This document shows, piece by piece, positions 1 to 12,485 of a stretch of DNA of 64,000 bases (position 1 is the first letter of the stretch; every line of letters starts with the position of its first letter). The notes beneath the pieces are model-generated. The model was given only the letters and a program-made list of their open reading frames with translations, did not search any database and had not been told where the DNA came from. Location of the stretch: the NCBI GenBank assembly GCA_050575255.1, contig JBNZDD010013666.1:930828-994827 (forward strand), given 5' to 3'. Origin of the DNA: Harriotta raleighana. Lineage: Eukaryota. Both the position numbers and the translations under genes were made by a program.

Positions 1-711
1 TGACTTCAAATTAAATGTTTTCATTAATCTCATAGAATCAACCAATTATACAGCACAGGAGACATTTGGCCCATTGGGTCTGTGTCAACTCAACATTTAA
101 GGCTTCAAACTGCCTGAAATCACGGTNAAGGAGACATTTGGCCCATTCGGTCTGTGTCAACTCAACATTTAAGGCTTCAAACTGCCTGAAATCACGGTCA
201 GAAATATATACCCAGGCTGTGCTTTTTAAAAAAAAATCAGTTTATGAACAGCTGTTCAGAACTGTCTGCAATACAGCAGCACCTGAGAGCCTGTGTCTGC
301 AGAGATAATATTCTAGTGCACAACTGAACTGCCAATATTCCCCAAAATTAAATGAAGGGTTTTGTTGTCTTTATCATATCAAATTTTCACTGACGGCACA
401 TGTGCTTATTTTAATTGTGCTTTAATTGTGCATTCCGCTGACTGGAAAGCACAATCTATAGAAATGTTTGAAATTGATAGTTCTGACAGAGGCTTTGACA
501 GTAGATTCACTGTGATCCTGTATTCTGTGCCCTTAGATCATCCGTGTGGCAAGATCTCAATCACAGATGGAGTAACAAGGAAAGCCGACAGCAACAGTGC
601 CTTTCCCACTGCAAGGACATCAACAGAGGTTGTTAAGCAAGTGCCTTACCTATCTTCCTTGTTGATGAATGCTTTATGAGGCTATTAGATAGAATGTGTG
701 GGAATGAAATA

Positions 712-870
712 AATAACCCTTGCAATTTTTGATGTAGCTCCTTATCACATTGTTGAGATGTTGAGCTCTTCACAGAATATACTGTAAAGTGCAGTGACTG
801 TATTTTGGACATGAAATGCGACAGCCAATTAATTGCACACAGCAGTTTCCCACAAACAGCCATGGATTCA
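712..870 (-). mobile_element. Deu-SINE 3' half
   Basis: cagccaatt..gcacacagcagtttcccacaaacagc is the reverse Deu core. Confidence 0.75.
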
Positions 871-1230
871 GTGACCAAGTCCTCCCTACGTGAAAGGTGC
901 TACACAAATATAATTTTGTTGTTCTTATTTTAAAGAATTATTATTCCTGTAAAGCAATCTACCATTTGACTGAAAACTAGGTTCCTATTTGCTGCTAGGT
1001 AAACAGGTGTGTGTGTGTGAGAAATAATCCTAATTTAAAATTTGTAGTGGAGATTGCAATGACATTAATGGACATACAAATTCAGTTTGGATGCAACACA
1101 TTGATGACTATGCTGAATAAGTCAGAAACTTTTTTTGTAATATTGTACTAAGATCTTAATAACTCTTAGGTCTGGTCATATATATTACTCCACATTCTTG
1201 AAATTGCACCCGAATGCTTGCACTACTTAC

Positions 1231-1330
1231 AAATGACAGCCTTTTTCTTGCACTGTGTGTTTGTAATATTTTTTTCACTCGCTGATGGATCTCTTCCCAT
1301 TTTGTTGGTGTAGAGCGATCTGAATAAAAT
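1231..1330 (-). CDS. SPATA6: SPATA6 exon 11 (FYSDRSTPTKWEEIHQRVKKILQTHSARKRLSF); gene continues past the left edge
   Basis: tttag acceptor, gtaagt donor, 100 nt, phase 2/0; matches FHSDW.SP.N.DEIHDRVKNVLKSH.A. Confidence 0.92.
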
Positions 1331-3454
1331 CTAAACACACAAAACTGTATGAAGGATATATATATATTTATTGTTATAACTATTAACAACTACTGGAGGA
1401 GGAGGGTTTAGTTGGTTGAAATTATTCAAAAAGCAGCAAAATTTGCACACAGACATACAACAAAAAATAATGTACCGTAAAATACTCTTCTCTGCCAGCT
1501 TTGTGTAGATTTTGCACTAACACAACATTATAAATTAATGCAACTGTTAAACAATGAAATTTTAAAAATGGAACTTTATGCCTGTTGAAGACAAGTTGCA
1601 TTTATATTCCACCTTTCAAGTCAAGACAATGGACAGTGAAAATGAGTCAAAAAATAAATGTTTTCACATTTATTGTCAAAATTAAAAAGGAACTTTGTTC
1701 CTCACTCCACTTTTGCATTTTAACCTTTTCATGAAAAGCTGAAATGGACAAAATAAGGTGTATTTACNCTGTCCATTTAAATCATGTTCAGTCAGATTTG
1801 CAGAGAGTGAGTTACTTTGAAATTTCATTGTNAAAATAAGGTGTATTTACGCTGTCCATTTTCATGTTCAGTCAGATTTGCAGAGAGTGAGTTACTTTGA
1901 AATTTCATTGTATTTTATTGTTATATACTTTGTTGATTAAAAAATGACAGTAAACAGTACATTTTTGTATCACAGAAACAATTTTCTTCTTATCCTTAGT
2001 TGGTTTGGCAATAAATTAGCTTTATATCAGCTAGTTCCTGTGAATGTGGACAAATTTGTATGTGTGTAAGGAGATAGGGGAGGAATGGGGGGAAATTGGG
2101 GGAAGGGAGAGAAGGATAAATACATAAATAAATAAATAAATGTTGGAATTGAGTGCTGAAAATACCCTGATGGTTTACTGCCCTGCACCACTCAAAGCTG
2201 ATTGCTGCCATTTTCTATCAATTCATTTCTGGAGAAAAGCTTGTCTTTAACATTAATGACTGAATCTGAAGTACAGGTTCTCCTTAACATTGCTCATTTG
2301 ATACACATTGGGACAAACCCTTGATGAAAGAAAAGGTTACTTATTTAAATGAAAATGTAGTTTACAAACAGATTAGCAGCCCAACATATTTTCAGAATTT
2401 GTGGCATTAATGCATTGTTTGCATAATTGAATTACTTTTCAGCTTCATCTCACTGTTTAGCCAGGAAGGTTATCAGAAATGTGGCAGTTCTTATCCTTCA
2501 GCTTTGGAAAGGAAGAGGCGGCTTACTTGATAATGATATTAAAAAAATTCCCCCGCCCCCTCTTAGTTGTTTGTGAGCATTTTTTACTGACTGTCCCATA
2601 GGATGTGTTGCCAGGGTACTGCATGGAATCTGTATTGAAAACACAACTAACACAAAACAAGTAGAAGGTAGACAATAATCATTAGATGCCAAACAGTTCC
2701 TGGATCTGAGGAAGATACAGACCAAGAGACACAGAAACTTTTTACCAGAAGCAAGTGATAACGGTTTTAAAATAATATCTACAGTACTGTACTAATCAGA
2801 CACCTTATGTTGTGTGGAAAGCCCAAGGGATGTTGTGGATGCAAATCCCTGATGTTCTCATCAGTTCTAATATTTTTACAATAATAAATAAGTAAATAAA
2901 GGGAACTCACATACAACATTTTGTCAGTCTGACTTCTTGCAGAGAACAGGACTTTAAACATTCCATCTTCCTCTGTTATTTAAATGGACGACTGTACAGC
3001 CATGTGTGAAACCTATCCACTAGTCTGTGCTGTTGTATAGAGCAAGGCAACTACAATTCTGTTTTGTGCAACAGCTCAGCCTTTCAAAGTCAGCATGACA
3101 TTCAGATTAGGCCAGTCCATAGATGTGCACAAAATGTCTTCAAATATCTTAAGATGCAATTCCACTTGAAGATTTCAGAACTTTCATTCTCTTTAATCGG
3201 TTTTTGGAGTATGGTGTGATGGATTTGTTGTGTTTGCTTAGTCAGTAGTAATAACTTTCTTTTCTTAAACATCCACAATCAGAAATAAAACTTTTAAATA
3301 TACAGTAGTATATGAAATATGCTGATAAGTTGAGCTGTTTAAAGAGTCCACCACATGTTGTCAATGAGGATACCATCAAATTTGGAACAAGAACAAAGGT
3401 TCCTCAGATATGCAACAAATTTCCTATGGACGCCTTCACCAGGTCAAATGTACA

Positions 3455-3855
3455 GTGATCGAGCCCCACCCATTGCACATCTGTACACACAGTGAGACTC
3501 GTCCACTACACACCTGTACACACATTGAGTCCCGCCCACTACACACCTGTACACAGTCAGCCCCGCCCACTACACACCTGTACACAGTCAGCCCCGCCCA
3601 CTACACACCTGTACACAATCAGCCTCGCCCACTACACACCTGTACACAATCAGCCCCGCCCACTACACACCTGTACACAATCAGCCCCGCCCACTACACA
3701 CCTGTACACACAGTGAGCCCTGCCCACTGCGGACCTGTACACTCAGTGAACCCCACCCACTACCCCTATACAAAGTGAGCCCCACCCATTACACACCTGT
3801 ACAATGAGCCCTGCCCACTACACACCTGTACATGGTGAGCTCGACCCTACTACAC
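3455..3855. repeat. Minisatellite, 31-33 bp unit (cagccccgcccactacacacctgtacacagt), about 12 copies
   Basis: Directly visible tandem repeat; explains the permuted-peptide ORFs 3410..3778 and 3492..3716. Confidence 0.95.
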
Positions 3856-5110
3856 AAAAACAACATTTACATCGCGAGGACGTCCCAAGGTGCTGAACAG
3901 TCAGGGATCGGGACCCGATCAAGGCAGAGGGGCGGAGTAGGGGAGAGATGGGGGGGCAGCTGAAGGCATGGTGGTCATGGTGCGAATGTGAGGGAGAAAG
4001 GACAGTTTAGAGTCAAACAAGACACCCACGATCCTGATTGGTTTCATGAGGTGAAGTATGCAGCTGTGGAGGCTGATGCAGCCAGTGCCTGAGGTGCAGA
4101 GGCGTTGACGTGAGCTAATAAGGAGGGCCTCGGTCTTGCTGACATTGAGCTGGAGAAAGTTGTCACTCATCCATGTCACTCATCGAGGACTTTCAATGCC
4201 TTGGGACATCCACCTGACGTGAAAGGCGCTCTATAAATGTAATTTTATTGTTGTTGTTGATGACAGTCAGAACGCCACTAGTCCTGGAGTTGAAGGTGGA
4301 AGCGGAAAGGTAGAGTTGGGTGTTATCCGCAAACATGTGCAAATTTACCCCATGTCTGTGGATGATGTCACCGAGGGGGCGCATGTAGAGCAGCCCTTCC
4401 AAATTTTTCCCCAGCATAACCCCAGTTCAACACCAAAAATATTTCGGGACCCCAAAATAACTTTAAAAGCTACTGCTAATATACTAATAAACCGACAGTT
4501 AGACAGTGTTGTGACCCCAAATGGTTTGGAAAACCTTGATGTAGAGGATGAAGAGGAGGGGACCAAGGACAGAGCCCTGAGGAATACCGCACAAGATGCT
4601 GCGTAGACTGGAAGAAAAACTGTTGGCAGAGACGAAGTGGAGAAAGTTTGAAAGATAGAACCTGAACCAATCAAGGACGAACCTTGAACATCGAGGTCGG
4701 AGGAGAAGCGGTGGAGAAGGATCGAATGGTCCATGGTGTTAAAGGCGGCAGAGAGTTTGAGAAGGAAGAGGGAGCCCTGGTCACAGATGGACAGAAAGTC
4801 TTTTGTGACCTTGACCAGAGCAATTTCCGTGGAAGCTCGATTGGAGGGGCTCATGGAGGGAGTGGTGTGAGAGGAAAGAACGAAGCTGGGAGGCAATGAA
4901 TCTTTCAAGGACCTTGGACAGAAAAGGAAGGTTGGAGATGGAATAGTAGTTGGAGAGCTGTGATGCATCAAGGAAAGATATCTTCAGGGTGGGGTTATAG
5001 TGGCTGTTTTGAGGCGGGTGGGAACGGTGTCAGATGATAAGAAGTCATAGTGTCAGCGATTATTGGGGCAAGGTGGTGGAGCAGGGAGGTAAGGAAAGGG
5101 GTGGGGATCC
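3856..5110 (-). mobile_element. Degenerate L2 (LINE2) RT/3' fragment, interrupted at ~4188-4260 by an opposite-strand L2 tail
   Basis: RT motifs: STEIALVKV, LSAAFNTMDH, HMFADNTQLY, WMSDNFLQLNVSKTE. Confidence 0.9.
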
Positions 5111-5114
5111 CTTT

Positions 5115-5927
5115 TCTCCTCTCTACACATCCTCCGTCGCGCATACCGCAGCAGATGCTGTCCGACAGTACCCACCCTGATTGCCCCATCCCTCACTCTT
5201 GCCACCACGTCCACCGGTCCTCTTCACTGGCGGCCAACCTCTCCTCCCTCATCCAAATCCCTACCCTCCCTGTCAACCCTCCCCCTCGCATAATACCCCA
5301 CCACCAACTGTTCTCTCCGCATCGGTCTGCAAAATGTCCGCTCCCTCTCCAACAAGACCTTCATCATGTATGACCTCATCATTAACAAAACCATCGACAT
5401 CCTCGCCCTGGCTGAAACCTGGGTTACCCCAGGCGACAAATTCCCCCTGACTGAGGCCACACCTTCTGGCTACACCTTCCACCAAATCCCTAATCACCGT
5501 GATGATGGTGTGGCTCTCATCTCCCAGTCCACCTTCAGCTTTTCCCCTATTGCTCTGGAACCTTCCCTTCCTTCAAACACCTCACTCTCTAATACCCCTC
5601 CAGTCTCTCCCTCAAAATCCTCCTAGTCTATTGCCACCCCGAAGCCCTCCCCCACTTTCCTCTCAAACATCTCCTCTCTCCTATCTTCTCTTTCCCTCTG
5701 CTCCTCCTCATCCTAGGTGATTTCACTTTACCCCCTCCTACTCTACTTCCAGCTACTTCTCCCTCCTCACTTCCCTTAATCTCTCCCTCCACATCGCCAC
5801 CCACATCCATGGCCACCCGCTCTACCTGGTGATCACCTGGGGGCTCACTGCTTCGGACATCACCATCACCGACAAAGCCATTGACCACCAATAAAAGGTG
5901 CTACATAATGTAATTTTGTTGTTGTTG
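5115..5927 (+). mobile_element. L2 AP-endonuclease region fragment plus short tail
   Basis: QNVRSLSNK...DILALAETWV...PSGYTFHQIP...GVALI endonuclease motifs; (TTG)n tail at ~5917. Confidence 0.88.
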
Positions 5928-6645
5928 GGGTTGGAGTCCAGGGAGCAGATGGTGGGCTTCATGGTGGAGATAGCGGTGATAACAGAGAGGGTGACAGGTT
6001 AGAAGGTAGAAGGAGGGATGGGTAGGTGTCGGAGTGTGGGAGAGAGGTAGAAATTGGATGTGCATTGGCAGCTGAGCAGATCTCCTTGATTTTGGACTTG
6101 AGGAAATCCAGCATCTCTTCGCAGTGGGAATCAGAGGAAAGAATTGGCGAGGCAGGGAGGGTGGAGGAGCCGACGGTGATGGAGAACAGGAGCCGGGGGT
6201 TGCCCTTCACCTCCAGGATTATGTTGATGTGGTCCAGCCAGATATGCTGGTGGACCGTTTTGAGCCAAGTGGGCTCGGCAGCCTGCTCCTGGCCTTTGAG
6301 CAAGCGGAGGTGGTTGGTGAACCAGGATGAGGTTCGAGAATAGGAGGTGGTTAGGGAGATGAAGGGGACAAGGGTGTCAAGTGAAGCGCTCTGAGACGCT
6401 GTCCTAAATTGAAGTTGTTGCTAAGTGTGGTGGAGAAGATGTTGTGGAGAAGAGTGAGTGCAGAGAATGGGTTGGTGCAGGAAGTGGGCCAGAGAGGAAA
6501 GAGTTCAGAGGACTCCAAGGCAGCGGAGAGGGATTGTGGTGAGATCTTCTTCCACAGGCGGTAGAAGATAGTGGTAGGTTTGGAGGCAGTGGGGAGAGAC
6601 ATAGAGGAGTTGAGGGAGATGAAATGGTGGTCAGAGATGGCCTTG
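5928..6645 (-). mobile_element. L2 internal fragment
   Basis: WKKISPQSL, KGNPRLLFS, FLKSKIKEI; homologous to 46500-47200. Confidence 0.85.
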
Positions 6646-6985
6646 TTCAGCAGGCTCTGGCCTGCTCCATGTCCCCCGCCCGAACAGCCCTCTCATCGGT
6701 GGTCGGGCTTTCAGCCCCTCTGCCCCCATACTCTGGAACTCCATAGCACAATCCGTTTGCATCTCTTCCTCCCTTTCCTCCTTCAAGGTCAGTCTCAAGA
6801 CTTCCACTTCCACCATGCCTTCTGCTATGCTCCTAACTCTTCCCCCCTCTCCTACTCTTTGTCCCACTGTCCCTATCCTGACCCTACCCCACCCTGCTCG
6901 GATCCCGACCTAACTGTTCTGCACCTTGGATGTCCTCCAACGTGAAAGGTGCCCTATAAATGTAATTTTATTGTTGTTTTGTTGT
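6646..6985 (+). mobile_element. L2 3' end
   Basis: GRAFS..APTLWNS-type 3' ORF end, terminal stem-loop and tataaatgtaattttattgttg tail. Confidence 0.88.
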
Positions 6986-7670
6986 CGGTGATGGTGATAT
7001 CCAAGACACTGAGACCTCGAGTGATCATCAGGTCAAGCCGGTGGCTGTGAACGTGGCTGGCGGAATGGATGTGGAGGGAGAGGTTGAGAGAGGAGAGGAG
7101 AAATCCGAGAAGATGGAGCAAGAGGGGATGAAATAGAGGACAAAGTCGCCGAGCATGATGAAGAAATTGGAGCAATGGCAGAGGGTAGCTAGGAGGGTGG
7201 AATTGTTGAAGATGATAGTGGGGGAGGATTTGGGGCGGCAATAAATGAGAATTTTAAAATATATATATATAAATTTTGAGTCAGAGATGTGAGGCGCAAC
7301 AGAGGGTGAGGTGTTCAAATGAGGGAAATGAACCAGAGGAGAAGGGGAATACAAAAACAACAAAATTACACTTGTATAGCGCCATTCAGGTCATAAGACA
7401 AGTGAGATGAGGGCACACCACTACTGCCACAGTGGTTGGGGCGTGGAGCATGGTGGGAGGTATAGCCGGGTGGTGTGGCCTCCATGATGGGGAAGGTGTC
7501 ATCTGAGGTGATCCAGGTTTCTGTGAGGGCCATGATATCAACGTTCTCATCAAGGATGAGATTGTTGACAGACAGGGTCTTGTTGCAGAGGGAGCAGACA
7601 TTTCAATGCCAGGTGCCACAATCAGCCCAGGGGAGGGATTCCCAGGCTGGAGCAGAGGGAGACTGTTGGG
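6986..7670 (-). mobile_element. L2 endonuclease fragments
   Basis: IYCRPK..IMLGDF, HRLDLMITRG and EN N-terminal motifs on the minus strand. Confidence 0.82.
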
Positions 7671-10286
7671 TACACACAATTTGTCAAATGTCCCCCAATT
7701 TGGTGCAAACATTTCCCCACTTTTCTATTGACCCAGCTCATTAGGAGATCAAAGAAATTATACATCAGTATCCAACCTAAATTGTTTTGGATTTCAGTGG
7801 GTTCTAGAGACTTTTTCCTGGGAGATCAATGTTAAAACTAGTCACAATCAATTAGAACATTCAATTCAGTTCAATTCTCAGTGAGCAGAAGTACAAAGTA
7901 CAAAATTGTTAAATACTGTATTAAATTGTTAGTTTCACTCAGAGACTGGTTTGAAAATTGAAGAGCAGCTTATGTACCAAATGGGGTATTTTCAAAGGTT
8001 GAGGTTAAAACATTATTATGGCAGTGCTTTACCTAGAATCTAATCTAATCCATCCTACACATGCAAACAAAATGTTTTGTTCCTTGTTTTAGTCCTAATA
8101 CACCTGACAAACACAATTTTGTTTTAAACAAACATTTCAAGCTGAATTTAAGGCGTTTGAACAGTGAACAGTATTTCTCACGAACTACAGGAGACACCTA
8201 ATTACATTAGCTCCATTTTGCCAAAGAGGAATCTTTGCAGTGCCTTGGGACATTCTCCCGACGTGAAAGGGGCTATATAAATGTAATTTTGATTGATTGA
8301 TTAACAAGTACTTGATCTTATCAAAGAATATCAAACGTGATAGATTTGGGCATGTGGATTATAAGTGAGATTTATTTTAAAGAATTATCAGTACCCGAGT
8401 ACACTGATCACACCATGGCAGAAACGAGGGAAAACAGCCAAGTCATACCCCGATAGTGTGAATAATTGTAATTAAAATCAGCAATGATAAGTCATTAATT
8501 AATCTGCCCAAGAAAATAGATACTTCTCTCCAGGATAACTTATATTGTGCTTATGGCATCAAAACATATTATTCAGGAGGCAAAAGATATTTCCCACTGC
8601 AGAGGGGACAATGAAGTAGTTATGGATTGTGGTTTTAGCAATAATTTTCATTTTTCTTCCAGTGATAAATACTGGTATTTTTAATTGGTTATTGATAAAT
8701 ATCAGCTCATGTCCTAGAGAAACATTGTGCAATGACCAAGGAAGACAGGTCAATCAAAAGATTCCCTGGAATCATTTGGCCAATACCAGCATCAAACTAA
8801 ACTCTACACATACTGACCCACAAAAACTGCAAATCAATAGCAATTTCTAGCAAAAGAAATGTAATTTCAAAATGTATGATCATGTAATCAATATGAGAGC
8901 TGTGAAACAGGTCACACATCAATTTAAAAAAGAATGACATCTGTGACCCGTAGAATGGGAATCCTATTGGGGTGTTCTTTTCACTGACAAATGGGAGGCT
9001 TTGTATTCCTCACTTTTTTTATTTTACAGCCATTTAAAGTAGTGAAATGTTTATCATTTAATTGTAGATTTATGGAAATCAATGGAGCTAAAGGTCTTCG
9101 ATGAAGACCTTTTGATCTCCTTTCTGAACACATATCCATCCTCTCCTACTATCCTCTCATTTCAACAAGCCTCACGTTTAAGTTGACACAACCAATGGTT
9201 ATTGGGACAGTGTTGAAAATTAACTATCTGACAACAGGCACACCCACTTGTTACTGGTCATTGCCCAAGTTGAGCAAACTGACTGATGGCTGGAATTTAA
9301 AGCAGCTGAGCTGTACATACTATTGAAAGACTTAGAGACCTTATGGAAGAATTAGAGATCCTAACAGATGTAAATAGATTAACTAATCTGTGATAATATG
9401 TTAAATACAATTCACAAATCCAGAAAAATGGGGCATGTTCAGAAGGAAGCCAAAGTTCAGTTTGAATTATTTTGTGCAGTGGAATTGACGACTTAGCTGC
9501 AGATCTTAAGAGGTTTAGACGAAGACCTTTTGATCTCCTTTCTGAACACATATCCATCCTCTCCTACTGTCCTCTCATCTCAGCAACAAGTCTCGCGTTT
9601 TTTGAACAGCCGGAAACCCGACCGGCAATCAGGGTCTCGCGTGGGGGGAATGAGTAGAGTCCACTCAGGGGAAAATTAGACAAATAATTAGACACTTTTA
9701 AAGAAAATGCTAGTCTCACAGCTTTAAATTACGTTAATTATAGTTAAGTATAAAAATAACATTGTTTTTAAAAATCCTGTTAATTTGCAGAATACCATAT
9801 TAGATTCAATATCGAAGGCTGATAACACCCCCAGGAATGAGCTTCAAGGAGTTACTGATGCAATCAATACCAGAGGCTGGCTCTACCTACACAACTGAAA
9901 TGGCAAGATCGTAAAAGCACTCTGGTTTAATGGCTGCACTTATTGATATTAATCTGGCTCCCTCCCACTACAGATCTTGGTAAATGCTCCAAGCCACTTT
10001 TGCTGCTGAGGTCATGAATACTCCCAACATGGGAGGGGAAATTGAATTGTGCAGCCTATGTGGGTTACTGCGGTTTACTTCAAATGGCAGAAAAGAGACA
10101 GAGATTTAAATATTTGTAGCAATATCTCCTCAGGTAACAAGGAAAGTGTTTCAGAAAAAGCATCAGGTTTCCCTTTAAATTAAAAAAAACGAAATGAAGA
10201 TGAGATGCAATTAATACACTGTATTCATTTGAATCAAATGTCACTGTGTTTAAAATATATTTGGCAGTGAAAAGATGAAAGAAAAC

Positions 10287-10468
10287 CTTTCTCGAAGAGA
10301 TGAGGTGTTCAACAGAGAGCTTTGTTTCTGGACAGATGATGGTGCAGAATGGACCATTCGAGATCTAGAGGAAGGGAGCAGTCTGCCAGCTGTTTGTGAC
10401 ATGATGTAGTCACCGGTGTCATCAATACAACCATCACAAAGACCTTTCGCTGGAGGTGGCTTCATAAC
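10287..10468 (-). CDS. SPATA6: SPATA6 exon 10 (VMKPPPAKG...MVHSAPSSVQKQSSLLNTSSLRER)
   Basis: ttctag acceptor, AG|gttttc donor, 182 nt, phase 0/2; matches LVHSAPST..SPVLNRASLRERF. Confidence 0.9.
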
Positions 10469-11828
10469 CTAGAAGATATTACCACGGCTGTAATTACCAT
10501 CACTAAAAATATACAACAGAAGATTTGACCTTGAAAAATAACATTCTTTTGTAGGAATTGAACTTGAACTGAAGGCTGCTCTAACTGTTCATGCTTTATA
10601 CATCTGAGAAGCTGCACTGAAACTGCACTATTCTGCTCAGATCAAAGTGAAAAAATAATCACATTTCTGATGCACAAAGTTCCAAGGTTGTTTTACAAGC
10701 TTCGGAAATGTGAAAAGGATTGCAGTATTGTAAAGAGCAGTGCACAACAAGTTTCACAAACCATGAACTTGAATATCATGTGCTCAGTTACACTATTTCC
10801 AAAAGACTGACATCTCACTGACTCTCCTTAGTAATGATCTCTAGCTGACAAGCTGTTTGAAATTTGTAAAAGCAAAGAGCAGTTTTTTCAATAGACATCA
10901 TGACTGATCCATCAGACCTCTCTTAAAAGATCTTAAAGATCAGATCTGTTAAAATAAGATGACTCAAGGTTAACAGGCTACCATGATCTTGAATAATAGT
11001 AAAACATTTTCAAATGTTTTTGACCATGATCTGTAAATAAACCCTCAAGAAGCATTAAAATAAGTTAATATCACTATACTTAATCAAAAAAAGTTTTACA
11101 AAGATTTTGCAAGTATTTTTTAATATACAGGATACACTGATATCATTTTACAAGATGAATATATTTTAAAGGAGAATTAAATTCTGGCAATTAAGTCTGT
11201 CTTTTGTTGATTCTAACAACTTCCTTCTGTCTGTAATTGTTTGATGAATTCTTGATCTAAACTTTCTCAGCTTTTCCCTATTCCTGTGGCTAACAAGACT
11301 TACATCAGGCCTTCTTTGGGTCAGCATGAAACACAGGGTGTTAGCATGAAACACAGTTCTCATATTAATCCCTGAGACTCCTGACCTGGCTACAATGAAT
11401 GAATTTCATGTTTATATACTTTAGTAACATCACTAGGGTGATCTTTACCATAGCTTTTACTCATTAAAAAGGTCATAGAACTGGAATAATGGACCAAGAT
11501 GGCAAAGAAGGTAATTACACAATGTATGTGGGTCACAGCAAATTAAAATAATGGATGTAATTTGTGACGATTTCTAACAGGATTCATTAATAAAGAAACT
11601 TGAAGTATGTTACAAGGCTTCAGAAAAACGCCTGCTGATGTGGACTCTCACAATATGCCATAAATCCACTTACTAGAAGGAATCCCATTAGACATCGCTA
11701 CATATTAGGTTCCAGAGTAATTAAAGGATGTGACTTCACTGTTGGAGTTAGTTAATATACCATAACACTAATAATTAAATCTACAATTTTAAAAGACGGG
11801 ATTTAATGTAATAATATGATCAAAATAC

Positions 11829-11875
11829 TTTTAGTGAACTCCTCTTGGGTATGTAACTGCCACGAAGTGAAGCAT
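11829..11875 (-). CDS. SPATA6: SPATA6 exon 9 (DASLRGSYIPKRSSLK)
   Basis: ttttcag acceptor, gtattt donor, 47 nt, phase 1/0 that bridges exons 8 and 10; resembles DHSHLGCCRPKDYK. Confidence 0.75.
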
Positions 11876-11924
11876 CTGAAAAAATAAAAATGCACAAGAC
11901 ATAATGTTTATCTGTACACCATGC

Positions 11925-12485
11925 AACAACAACAAAATTACATTTATTTAGAATTTATGTATCGAGAGGATGTCTCAAGATGCTGGAAATTCAAGTGTTT
12001 CGGACCTAAGGTGGGGTTGGGATCGAGGAGGGTGGAGGGAAGGGTGGGCTGATTGATGGTATGGAAGAAGAAGAAGGTCTTGAGGTTGGACTTGAAGGAG
12101 GCTAGGGGAGGATTTGAAGGATGGAATTCCAAAGGTTGGGGGCACAGTGGCTGAAGGCTCGCCCGCCAATGGGGGCATGGGTAGGTCGGGCCATGCAATG
12201 GGCTAGAGCTCACTGAGCGGAGGAAGCGGACAAGTTGATAGGGGGTGAGGAGGTTGAGGTTGCATAGATAGAGTGGGGCGAGCCCATGGAGGGCTTTGAA
12301 GGCGAGGACCAGGATCTTGAATTGAATCCTCTGGGTGATGAGAAACCAGCGGGGGGGGAGGGGGGGGATGTGTGGAATGGGGTCGGGGAGCCTGGTGCAG
12401 GGAAGGACATTGGCTGCAGATTTCTGGAGGATCTGCAGAGGGGGGATTTGGGGAGGCCGGCAAGCATAGTTTTAAATAGACCATA
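11925..12485 (-). mobile_element. L2 3' fragment
   Basis: caacaacaac tail; LQFLQKSAA..HW..I..RIQFKILVL-type 3' region. Confidence 0.85.

Noticed and set aside
362-720. Next SPATA6 exon (AG and GTAAGG-like sites near 610 and 650)
   Set aside because: Candidate frames stop quickly and lack the expected C-terminal motifs; the remaining exons probably lie left of the window.
3410-3778. Repetitive-peptide ORFs or a CRISPR-like array
   Set aside because: A tandem minisatellite without unique spacers; the ORFs are by-products of a stop-free 31-bp unit.
11166-11363. K/R-rich ORF as an extra SPATA6 exon
   Set aside because: No family similarity or convincing splice sites; exons 9 and 10 already join in phase.
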